Shown here piece by piece: positions 28,801 through 41,974 of a stretch of DNA of 64,000 nucleotides. The position numbers and the translations under genes were made by a program. Within the stretch, counting starts at the first letter, position 1. Every line of letters begins with the position of its first letter. Source of the DNA: Octopus sinensis (Eukaryota); assembly GCF_006345805.1 (NCBI RefSeq), contig NC_043009.1, positions 61,380,001 through 61,444,000 on the forward strand. The letters run 5' to 3'. Below the pieces are notes generated by a model, which worked only from the letters and a program-made list of their open reading frames with translations, did not search any database and had not been told where the DNA came from.

Positions 28801-31069
28801 CAAATAAGAAAATGGAGAAGTACATTAGTTGGTTTATCAGCTTTAGGATATTAAAATGTTGACTTATTTATTTATCAAAACGACGACCATAATAACATAC
28901 ATACATATAGTATATTATTCAATGCATATAAGATAAGAATACAAGCAGTTATTAAAAAACATGAATACAAATTATTAGAATCACTTACAGCTGTTTCAGC
29001 CTATTGATAATAGCAACTCATTGTGCCTATATTAGTCAAGTGTATTGAGGTAGTAGGCAGTTGAAAATGAGCGCTTATTCTTTGTAGGCCTAGTACTTAT
29101 TCTATCAGTCTCTTTTGCTGAACCACTAAGTTACAGGGACCTAAACACACCAGTATCAGTTGTCAAGTCATGTTGGGGGGACAAACATAGACACACAAAC
29201 ACACACACGCATATATATATATATACATATATATGACAAGCTTCTTTCAGTTTCCATCTACCAAATCGACTCACAAGGCTTTGGTCAGCCCGAGGCTATA
29301 ATAGAAGACACTTGGCCAGGGTGCCACGCAGTGGGACTGAACACGGAACCATGTGGTTGGTAAGCAAGCTACTTACCACACAGCCACTCCTGCGCCTATA
29401 GTTGAGATAATCTGCAGAAGTGTTTTAGAACCAGTCTGTCTGTTCTGTCAATCCTGCCTATGAGGTGTATGCAGAGATATCTGTTGCTGTTGAGTTGTCT
29501 ATGTAAACATTTGCACACACACACACTTTTTACTTGCTTGTGACGGTGTTCACCCATGGCGGATTGAGCTGGCTTCTTCTCTGGTCCTGACAGCATCACG
29601 AACCATGGTGGCCCACGCTCGACGATCCCGTGTGAGTTCACTGGAGATAACAAGCCATTCGCGGTTCCATCTGCACAGACTGACCACCTACAGACCTGAG
29701 AGTTTGGAGAGGTCCTCCTTTATCGTCGTTGCCCAGGTCTTCAGCTGCTCGCCATGCATTTGCGCCAGTTGGGAAGAGGAGGTGGGAGGAGGACATCATG
29801 AATCAGCTCACCCTCTGGACGCCAGGCCGCATGACCGAACCACCTTAAGCGCCGTTGTAGAAGCACCCAAGGGAGGGGCCGGAGATTCAGGCGATGACAA
29901 AGACCGGCTGTAGGAACCCGATCAATGTGTCGACAGCGAAGAATGCGGCGGAGACAGCCATTGTCGAACACCTCCAGCCTTCGCTGATCGACTACCCTCA
30001 TAGGCCATGTTTCACAACCATAGAGGAGGATAGTGTGTGTGTGTCTTTGTGCCCATCTTTGTCCACCACTACCTATTTCTTTATTACCCACAAGGGGCTA
30101 AACATAGAGGGAACAAACAAGGACAAACAAACGGATTAAGTTGATTACATCGACCCCAGTGCGTAACCAGTACTTAATTTATCGACCCCGAAAGGATGAA
30201 AGGCAAAGTTGACCTTCGCTTAACAGCCAGTGTTGGTGTGTTTACATCCCCATAAATCAGCAGATCAGCAAAAGAGACCAATAGAATAAGTGGCAGGCTT
30301 AAAATAAAAATACGTACCAGGGTCAAGTAAGTTATGCAACTAAAAATCCTCAAGGTGGTGCCCCAGCATTGCCAGTCTAATAATTGAAACAAGTAAAACA
30401 ACACACACACACACACAGAAAGAGGGAAGGAAAATATGGAGACAGTAGCTTACATAATTTACATAATACCGACAAGCATACATATAAAATGTCCAAGATC
30501 CAACCAATTCGGTCAGTTGGAAATGTCTAAATTCTTTATCAATTCACCAAACATACACCACACAATCCATCACTGCTCACACCATCCAAAAATGTCCACA
30601 CTGTCCAGCAAGCTGACGCTCGGACAATGATTGATCACAGAAGGAGAAGTGGATGTCCTCAACGGCCAGGACACTGGTTTGAATAATCTCAACATCTTTT
30701 ATACAACAGTAACCTACCAACACTTTAATAACTGTTATTGCTGTGGTCACTACTACTACTAACCTTACCACCACCATTACAGCTACTACTACTACTAACT
30801 TATTCACTATGGTGCGATGAATAATTTACATCTTTCAAAAGAGAATTGCTGCTGATGATGTTTGAGAAAATCAGTAATGGATATGTATGGTTTCCATAAT
30901 AACGATAATGATTTCAAATTTCGGCACAAGGCCAGCAAATTCGGGCGATGCACTAAGTTGATTACACCGATCCCAATGGTCAACTGGCACTTATTTTATC
31001 GACCCCGAAAGGATGAAAGGCAAACTCAACCTCGGTGGAATTTGAGCTCAGAATGCAAAGACCGAAGAA

Positions 31070-31112
<43 letters not shown>

Positions 31113-32854
31113 CTAATAAATACTTTCTACTATAGGCACAAGGCCTGAAATTTGTGATGTCTAAGCATCCCAATATCCACAGAATTAAAACTCATTTGAA
31201 GCCCTCCTCCTACCAATATATTCTTTGCCTTCTACCACAAGGAAGAAAGCAACCATATTTACACCCATCTGTCCTTAGAACCCATCATCCATCTGTATCC
31301 ACAGCAATACAATCACTTCTCCAATTTGCATCAGTACTACATCACCTTAGTCTTAGGCCCTCGTGCACCGTTTTGCGCATTGGGTGGGATAGCTTCTCCA
31401 ATGTGGTCAGTCGGCCGTGGCGATTTCAGCTTCATCCCATGATATGTCAATGGCTTTGAGGTCATTGATGAAGGTCCAGCGCCAAGTTGCTTTTGGTCGC
31501 TTTTGTTTTCTCTTGCCGTGCGGTGGCTTCCACAGAATGGTGGTTTTCGCATGCCACAATGATGATAATCAGAGGACATTTATGTAAATACTTATCAAAT
31601 TAAACCTAAGAAGGATAATGTCCCAAAAGGTACCGACGCTTGTTCAACTAAAATAAATACTTGTCGAAGTGAAACTCAAATCAAGGATGACGCAGAATGT
31701 AGCAGCGCTGGCGAAAGTAATTCTGAAAAGGAATACACCGGGCAATATTTCAACGTTCCAGATCTCTATGTTACTTTTGCCACCGTTCCAGAAGGCAAGG
31801 CTTACCGAACTGAGAAAATCATCAAAAGAAGAAAAAAAAAGGGGGCAGTGCTTGAATTTGAGCAGCTCATAGCAACCGACCCTGACAGTAAGGTGTTCTG
31901 GAAATATATGGATTCAATACCAGTGCCGGTGGTACATAAGAGAACCATCCGAACGTGGCCATTGCCAGCGTTGCCCCGACTGGCCTCGTGCCAGTGGCAC
32001 GTAAAAAGTACCATCCGATCGTGGCCGTTTGCCAGCCTCGTCTGGCACCAGTGCCGTGGCACGTAAAAAGCACCCACTACACTCACGGAGTGGTTGGCGT
32101 CAGGAAGGGCATCCAGCCGTAGAAACATTGCCAGATCAGACTGGGCCTGGCGCAGCCTTCTGGCTTCCCAGACCCCAGTAGAACCGTCCAACCCATGCTA
32201 GCATGGAAAGTGGACGCTAAACAAAGATGATGATGATGGCCTGCAAATCGCAAGCGGCACTCAGTGACAATGTCTTGGAGTGGACAGGTATCAGTTCGGC
32301 AATGTATCTTGGCGTTGGTGATGTGGTCCTGGTATGATATTCGCAATATCCACCAGAGGCATTGTAGCTGAAATACATTGAGCCTTCGCATGATCTTTGC
32401 TGATGTCCTCCACAGAGAGCTTTTGTCAACCAATTGCATGGATAATCTCAATTAATCAAAGCTTACTCTATTTACATCATCCTCGTGGTGGTGGAGCCAA
32501 CGATGGCAATGGAGCAGGTGCTGGTGAAGGTAGTGGAGGTGATAGTAGCAGCATAAAAGCTGGTGGTAATGGCGGCGGCAGTGGCAGCAACAGTGGTGGT
32601 GATGATGATGGTATTATGGTAGTAGTAGCAGCAGCAGCAGCAGGAGATACAAGAGTAGATCAGAGGATAAAGTGATGGTGAAATATATATATTATATATA
32701 GGAGTGGCTGTGTGGTAAGTAGCTTGCTAACCAACCACATGGTTCCGGTTTCAGTCCCACTGCATGGCATCTTGGGCAAGTGTCTTCTGCTATAGCCCCG
32801 GGCCGACCAATGCCTTATGAGTGGATTTGGTAGACGGAAACTGAAAGAAGCCTG

Positions 32855-32908
<54 letters not shown>

Positions 32909-34682
32909 TTGTGTGTCTGTGTTTGTCTCCCTAGCATTGCTTGACAACCGATGCTGGTGTGTTTACGTCCACGTAACTTAGTGGTTCGGCAAAAAGAGAC
33001 CGATAGAATAAGTACTGGGCTTACAAAGAATAAGTCCTGGGGTCGATTTGCTCGACTAAAGGCGGTGCTCCAGCATGGCCGCAGTCAAATGACTGAAACA
33101 AGTAAAAGAAAAAAAAAAGAAAGAAAAATATATATATGTTATAAAAAAAATAAATAAATGCACCCTTTTAAAGCCTAGCCAGACTCAAAGGCCCGGTTTC
33201 CCAGTTTCAATGGCATATGTGTTCCCCAGCTGGACGGGACGCCAGTCCATTGCAGCGTTACTCATTTTTGCCAACTGAGTGGACTGGAGCAACGTGAAAT
33301 GAAGTGTTTTGCTCAAGAACACAACGCGTCGTCCGGTCCAGGAATCGAAACCACAATCTTACAATCATGATGCCAACACCCTAACCACCAAGCCACGTGC
33401 CTCCACATATATATATGTTGTACTTACCTGTAATATCACATCATCATATTTCACAGGTTCATCCATTGTTATTTCTTTAGCCAGTTTCGCAACTTTAGTC
33501 TGAGATGATATACTCGAATTTAGCGAAGACATCAAAGTGGATTTCAGAATTTCAGAACCTGAGAAAAACAACGACAAGATACTGTAGACATTCATTTCAA
33601 TTAATAAGTACAGGTGTGACTGTGAGGTAAGAAGTTTGCTTCCCAACCACGTGGTCGGGCTATAGTAGAAGACATTTGCCCAAGGTGCTACACATTGGGA
33701 TTGAACCCAGAACTATGTGATTGCAATTTTTTTTATCTTTTACTTGTTTCAGTCATTAGACTGTGGCTATGCTGGGGCACCACCTTGAAGGGTTTTAGTC
33801 AAACAAATCAACCCCAGGAGTTACTTTCTTTTTTAAGTCTACTACTTATTCTATCAGTCCTTTTTTGTCGAACTGCTAAGTTACAGGGATGTAAACAAAC
33901 CACAGTTGTTAAGCAGTAGTGGGGGAAAACACAAATGAAAAGACACGCACGCGTACACACACACAGGCACGCACACACACACGTGTGCACGTGCATGCAC
34001 ACACACATACACACACACACACACACACAGGGTTGGCCAAAAGTCACCCGACAGTAAATCAAAGTTCCATAAATACTTAATATTTCAATTTTATTCATTC
34101 ATTCCAATTATGAATGTTTACAAGAAAGACTTCAGTCTGAACAACTTCCATGATGTTTCATATTTAGATGCTATTATTAAATTCATTCAGTTGTTAAACA
34201 TAAATAAACATATGATTTTGTAGGCTAGTAGGGTATGATTTGATGAAGATTTGGTTGCTATTTCAAGCAAATTGAGTGACTACATAAAGATCCTACATTG
34301 TCAGCTTGTTAACCAGTTGTTGTTGCTGTTTGGGTTTCAGGTCAACCTTGATCAAGCTGACTTATGATCAGTTAAGTTCTAACCATGACCATCCAGTCTT
34401 TTAGTAATATAAGTCACTACATTATCCAATGTAATCTTCGTTTATGAATACAGTAATTTGAGAGGTAATTTAGCTGTTGTTTCTAGCAAGTCAAACATCT
34501 CCATAGAGGCCACCTCGATTTAGTTGGTGCTCAGTTCATTCGTCATCTGAAAATTTTCACTTGCAAGGGATAAGGCAGAGAATGGCTGCTTCTATAATGA
34601 AACCTATCTTTGTTTTTTGTAATTATTTAGATTTAGTATTTGTACTTTGAGTTTTGCAAACGATTCTGCCAACTCGCCACTT

Positions 34683-34747
<65 letters not shown>

Positions 34748-35526
34748 CATCATCATCATCATCATCGTTTAGCGTCCACTTTCCATGCTAGCATGGGTTG
34801 GACGGTTCAACTGGGGTCTGGGAAGCCAGAAGGCTGCACCAGGCCCAGTCTGATTTGGCAATATTTCTACGACTGGATGCCCTTCCTAACGCCAACCACT
34901 CCGAGAGTGTAGTGGGTGCTTCTTACGTGCCACCGGCACAGGTGCCAGACGAGGCTGGCAAACGGCCACGATCGGATGGTGCTTTTTACATGCCACCGGC
35001 ACAGAGGCCAGGCAAGGCTGGCAACAGCCACGATCGGATGGTGCTTTTTCGTGCCACCAGCACTGGTATCACAGCTACAATTTCCATTGATATCGATCGA
35101 TTTTGATTTTGATTAAACACCTTGTATTTTTTACCGTTTTTTCTATTTGTTTCAGTCGTTGGACTGCAGCCATGCTGGGGCACTGAAGGGTTTAGATGAC
35201 ACTATCAGTCACTTTTGACGAACCGCTAAGTTACAGGAACGTAAACAAACCATCAGTGGTAGAGATGAACACACACACGGGCTTCTTTCAATTACTCTCT
35301 ACCAAATCCATTGTCAAACCTTTGGTCGGCCAGAGGCTATGACAGAAGACACTTGTCCAAGGTGTCAAGCAGTGCGACTGAAGCCGGAACCATGAGGTCG
35401 GGAAACAAACCTCTTAACACATCGTCAAACAGGCACCAATAAAGAAAACTATTTGAAATATGTAAAAATTTTGTAGAAAATTTGTCATCTTCTACAATAT
35501 TCAGCGCACCTCCAAACACACGCACG

Positions 35527-35569
<43 letters not shown>

Positions 35570-38500
35570 TCTGTTAAATAGTAGTTGGTAGAACATATGT
35601 CAGCAATTCGACTTTTAACAATTAACCGCTTCGCTCTGAAGCGTAAAATATCGTTGATGAAGCCATGAAGACGAAGACAGTTCAAGTGTAGGGGAGATAA
35701 CTCCGACACTAACGTCAACTGGATGAAATCTATTCGGATGAGTAACTGAGCAGAAACAATACGAAGACGTCGAAGTGTGGATGTTGACTGTAATGATAGG
35801 AACAGAGTGTAGGATGGCTATATAGATATGGTGTGTAATTGTTAAAGAGGACAACAAACGTTGCCTTTCATCCTTTCGGAGTCGATAAATTAAGTACCAG
35901 TTGCGTACAGGATGTCGTTCTAATCGACTGGCCTCTCCCCCAAAAATTTCGGGTTTTTTGCTTGGAGTAGAAAAAATTATTGGCAAAATTCAAAGTCTTA
36001 CGGCTGTTTCTGGGATATCCCAGGGAATGGGGTATTCTATCGTCAGAGACAAATAGGGAAAATGAGAAGGGGAATAGATTTTAATGAAACGACGACATAG
36101 AGGACAGGAGAAAAGGAATAAGGAGATGAAGAAAAAGAAGAAAGAGAAGAAAAAAGAAGCATAAAAGTTCGTGGTTCAACTTTCAGATCGTGTAGATGTT
36201 AGTCCATAAGTCCTTACATGCAACCCTGCGTAAATCCATGTAGGTTAAAGTCTTAATAGTGTAAACATTCAGAAATAAATGCGAATGTATCGGCGTTCCA
36301 ATTGAAAATGGTAGCAGAGGTGGCTATTAAGGGGTAAAGAGAAAGAAAGAAAAATAAATAGAAAGAGAGTGAGAGAGGAAAGCAACGATATGGTGTGTAG
36401 ATGCTGACCATAATGGTAGGTATAGTGTGTAGAATGTCTATATAGATATGATGTATAGATGTTGATTGAAAAGCTAGACAGACAGAGATACAGTGCGTTG
36501 ATGGTACTGGATAATGTAAAGGCAGCGAGCTGGCAGAAACGTTAGCACGCTGGGCGAAATGCTTAGCGGTATTTCGTCTGCCACTACGTTTTGAGTTCAA
36601 ATTCTGTTCTGAGTTCAAATAGCTATAGAAGGGGATAGCTATTAGAACATTGTTGTGTAGAAGAAAATGTTTGAGGAACAAAAATCTAACCCTGGACCAC
36701 ATCAGAATTGACAGATTGTGAGTCTGTGATAGCTTTACTGGTGCACACAGCAATAATGCAACATGATAAAAAGTTACAAACATAAAAGATGGATGGAGCA
36801 CATAGGACATTTGTGAGCCAGATATGATCAAGGGCACTGACAATGTTTGCACCAAATTTCTTGAGGGCAAAAGCCCTTGATGAGTGACATAGAACAGTAG
36901 GTCTCTAGTAGATTTGGCTTCACAAAAGTTGTACAGTGGCCATTAATATGGGAGAAAGATTTGAGGTGATATTTGTTATTAGTGGCTGCTGCCATTAACT
37001 TTGAGATATTGGAAATGAATACAATAGGACAATAGTTGGGAGGGTGAGAGGGTTGAGACACACTGTAGCATGTTTCCAAACAGCAGGCTATATCACTTTA
37101 AAGCAGGTATGGGAAACCGTTTTTCGAGGAGTGGGCTACATGAGACAGGATTCATCATGAAGTGGGCCTAGACTACTAAAAAAATTCAAGGTAACTTTTT
37201 TTAAGGCATGCTATTCAGAAAGTGCCCCAAGTCACAGTTTGCCCATAACTGACATAAAGAGAGAGAAAGATTGAAGAATTTGGTGAGGACAAGTGCTAAC
37301 TATGGCAGACATTGTTTGAGGGTAACGGAAGGAAAATTGTCAGGATCAGCAGGCTTAAGAGACTGAAGGTAATTCCACAATCGGTGTGTGTGTGTGTGCA
37401 CGCATGCATGTGTGCGTGTACACATGATGCTGATCTTGGTGGGGAAGAAAAGGGATACTTTTGGAAGTGATTTTACAGAGTGCATGCAGTGTGGCATTTG
37501 ATGTAAAGCAGGTAGCAAGTATGAAGGCTCTGCTTACAGAACTATCGTAGTTGAAAGGAGAAGTCGATAAAGTTATTAGGGATCCCTTTGGCAAGGAACC
37601 AAAAGGATTGGTTGCAGTTTGGCAGTAAGAGAACTAACAAGCTGTATGTTGCCTGAAGGCATCCTTCTCAGTTCAGAAGAAAGTCTTAGAGGAGTTGATT
37701 TGAACAGCCTTGAGGTCCAGGTGGTGGAAAGTGTTGCACAGCACATGAATTGGGACAAGTGATCATGATATGACAGTCATTGGATGACTTGAGAGATGTA
37801 GAGACAATGATGAATAACTTGGTAGTTGTTGACTTTAACCCTTTAGCATTTAAACCGGCCATATCTGGCCAAAAGTATTCTGCCTGTTTTATGCTCAAAC
37901 TGGCCAGATCTAGTCTCTCACACCAACCCTACAAATATCATTTTAAAATTAACAGCTACCTCATCAAAATATCATAGCTCCAAGATAATGCATGATTAGT
38001 TCAAAGCAATGTGGATAAAAGAAAGCATTGATTTTGGCAGAATAATGCAAACACTAAAGGGTTAAAGGGGAGAATAGCAATTCAGGTGCTTGGAGGAGTG
38101 ATCTGTGTCCAATCAGGAGTACAAGAGTTGATGTGAAGAACTGAAAATAGAAAATTTGGTTCCTCTACCAGCAACAATAGTACGGAATGAATGTGAGAAC
38201 CAGAAGTAGTTGTGGATGCTGAAGTAACCAAAGACAAGCTACTCAGCGATATTGTTAGTCCACGTTACTCCCTAAGGAGCACAGGGCTGGTTTCCTGGTT
38301 TCTTTGGCAAATATATATATTCTCCACTAGATGGGATACTAGTCCGTCACAGAATTACCCATTTTTGCTGGCTGAGTGGACTGGAGCAATGTGAAAATGA
38401 AGTGTTTTGCTCAAGAACACAATGCATCACCCAGTCCAGGAATAGAAACCACAATCTTGCTATCATAAGTCTAACACCCAAACCACTGATCTATGTGCCT

Positions 38501-40905
38501 CTACATTCAGTGATACAGATGTCCTCAATGCAGCAAGAAATATAGCCAGGGTTAACAATTGAAGAGATTCAGAGTGTGGCAGAGGAAACTAATGTATTAG
38601 GAGTGGGAGAAAGAAAGTAACTGGAGTAACTTAGGGGTGGGGAACCAGAGTAAGTAGAGGTCTTTGTTGCTGGGATGTGGAAGAAAGAAGTAACATTTGA
38701 GAATAGAAGTGGTCTATAGGATAAGGGGTTGAGAGATTTCTTGCTTTCAAGGAGAGGAAGAAAAGATGAGTTGCTTGCATATCAGCAAGAAGTGATGGGT
38801 AGGGGTCTAGATTGGATTGGAGTCCACAGATGTTAGCAGAAAAAAACAATTGTCCAGCAGGTTTAGTTATATATTCTGACATCTAAGGAAATATGGACAT
38901 TGTTGTACACCATAGGGGCACAGTTGACCCCTGTTAGGAGACTGGCACAGATATTTGCAACAGACTGAACTCCACTCAAGTAATTTCATATGAAGGTTTG
39001 CCAAGTGAAACTCAAGTGAAGGTGGTGAACTAGCAGAAACGTTAGCACACAGGGCGAAATGCTTAGCGGTATTTCGTCTGCCGCTACGTTCTGGGTTTAA
39101 ATTCTGCCGAGGTCAACTTTGCCTTTCACCCTTTCGGGGTCGATAAACTAAGTACCAGTTATGCACTTGGGTCGATGAAATCGACTTAATCCGTTTGTCT
39201 GTCCTTGTTTGTCCCCTCTGTGTTTGGCCACTTGTGGGTAATAAAGAAATAGGTATTTCGTCTGCCGTTACGTTCTGGGTTCAAATTCTGCCATGGTCAA
39301 CTTTGCCTTTCATCCTTTCGGGGTCAATAAATTAAATACCAGTTGCATACTGAGGTCGATCTAATCGACTTAATTGCTTTGTCTGTCCTTTTTTGTCCCC
39401 TCTACGTTTAGCCTCCTGTGGGCAATAAAGAAATAAGTGAAACCCAGTTATTAAAAGGTACCTTAATTTGTGATAAGCAGTAAGAAAAATGCAAGACTTT
39501 ACCTCCAGATTTTCCAGAGCCATACGATTCATCAAACGTTTGTTGGTCTCCTTTTTTCATGGTAGTTTCATCTAGAAAACTGACATTTTCTAGCCTATCT
39601 TCATGTTCTTGATTATCTTTCCTCACTGGAATTAAAGAAATGCATTTTGTTTGAGAATGAAAATTAATACCATCAACGTTGTTTAATGTCCACTTTACTG
39701 TACACAAGTGAGAAGAATTTGGTGAGGCAGATTTTCTACAGCTGGATGCTATTCTAGCCACCGACCCCCACTGTTTCCATAGAAGGAAATATTTCACCAT
39801 GGAAGACTAGAAACGAACAACACCACTTGTATGACAGTGATGCTCATTTACAACTATCACGTGATGTTGAACCACACACACATACAATGGACCACCCACT
39901 CAGCAGCAATCCACTAACAGGGCCCAAATGAGCTCAGAAGCCTAGCAGAAGACATGACACCTGCTTAAGGTACCAAGCAGTGAATCCAAACTCAAGAACA
40001 CATGGTACAAAGCAAGCTTCTCATCCAAACACCCACAGCATACTTACATGCGTAGACATACATACAAACATGTATGTATGTATGCATGTATGTGTGTATG
40101 TATGTATGTATGTATGTATGTATGTATGTATGTATGTATGTATGCATGTATGTATGTATGCATGTATGTATGTATGTATGTATGTATGCATGTATGTATG
40201 TATGTATGTATGTATGTATGTATGTATGTATGTATGCATGTATGTATGTATGTATGTATGTATGTATGTATGTATGTATGTATGCATGTATGTATGTATG
40301 TATGTATGTATGTATGTACGTACATATGTATGTACTTATGTATGATGTACGTACGTATGCATGTATGTAATGTATGTATGTATGCATGCATGCATTTATG
40401 TATGTATGTATGTACGTATGTACGTGTGTATGTATGCATGTATGTATGTATGTATGTATGTATGTATGTATGTATGTATGGGCAAAACTAATAGAGGTCA
40501 CAAAAGTGACAGAGGGTACTATTTTAGCACCACTTTTGTTAAAGATAAGAGTTAAATTAAGTCAAAGCCACAAACGCACTGTCTTAAGTGACTGACGAAG
40601 GGAGGTAAGTCCCCAGCATATATAGCCAGATTGCGATTTCGGATTTTGATGTTGCCCATCTTAATTGTCATCAGAAGCTCTTAACCTTAGGCATTAACCC
40701 TAGGCATAAAGAGCTGCTGATGAAGATTAAGATGGTCAACATCAAAATCCCGGATATGTACGCTAAGACAGTGCGTTTGTGGCTCTGAGTTAATTTAACT
40801 CTTATCTTTAGCAAAAGCAGTGCTAGTTAGTACCCTCTGTCACTTTTGTGATCTCTATTAATTTTGCCCTAAGGTTTTAATTGCTAATAAGCCACCCTTT
40901 TTAAT

Positions 40906-40941
<36 letters not shown>

Positions 40942-41345
40942 TCTCTTATTTGTTTCAGTCATTTGACTGTAGCCATGCTGGAGCACTGCCCTTAGTTGAG
41001 CAAGTCGACCCCAGGACTTATTCTTTTTAAGCCTAGTACTTATTCTATCGGTCTCTTTTTCCCGAACCGTTAAGTTACAGGGACATAAACACACCAGCAT
41101 TAGTTGTCAAGCGACGCTGGGGGGGACAAACACAGACACACAAATATATACACACACATACATATATATATATACATATATACAATGGGCTTCTTTCAGT
41201 TTCTGTCTACCAAATCCACTCACAAGGCTTTGGTTGGCCCGAGGCTATAGTAGAAGACACTTGCCCAAGGTGCCACACAGTGGGACTGAACCCGGAACCA
41301 TGTGGTTGGTTAGCAAGCTACTTACCACACAGCCACTCCTGCGCC

Positions 41346-41377
<32 letters not shown>

Positions 41378-41943
41378 CTAATAATAACGAAATTATTGTG
41401 CATAGTGCTCAGGTGCACTACAACTCATCAAAGGTGCATGTACATTACATAGAATTATGTACAAAATTCAGGAAAGTGAACAGTGTAAGAGTCATGATAT
41501 ACATGTGAGCATGCGTATGGAGGGGGGATATCAGGTGTAGTGTTAGCGAATTTCAGGAAGCATGGAAGTTTTAAAGGATGCAATGTCTCAGCAACTAACA
41601 ACTGATGCAGGTAGTTTGTTCCGTGCTTCAGAAACTCTGAGTGTGAAAAAATGTTTCTGAAAGTCATGGGAGCTGTGCTGTTTTCTGACTTTGTAGGCAT
41701 GCCCACATGTGTTAGACACATGGAGCTCAAAAAGGTGCTCAAGGTGGTTGTTGGCATGATGGGTAACAATTTTGTGGGAGTTTACTAAGTCAGTTGCCAG
41801 ACGTTGGAGCTTCAATGTATCTATGCCCAGAGAAGCAGGACGTTCAGAGCAAGGTAGATGCCTGATGGAGGGTATTCACTTGGTTGCACGTCTCTGACCA
41901 GTTTCTAGGAGGTCAATGTCCTGAGCAAGATAGATACACACAT

Positions 41944-41974
<31 letters not shown>

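Larger units (their letters stand above)
36620..38885 (-). mobile_element. Heavily decayed CR1/L2-group LINE ORF2 (APE endonuclease plus RT), interrupted by later insertions
   Basis: Colinear degenerate motifs on the minus strand: [11 protein letters not shown] (NIRGL, endonuclease), [16 protein letters not shown] (KAxGPDxIP), [17 protein letters not shown] (NYRPI), SVNSDVVQG (GVPQG). Confidence 0.7.

Noticed and set aside
39980-40555. Stacked MYVC/HTYI ORFs (also the CV/HT/YI ORFs at 1446-2000, 16842-17551, 18162-19009, 19242-19675, 61252-61888 and poly-N/L/I at 54186-54544)
   Set aside because: These are translations of microsatellites.
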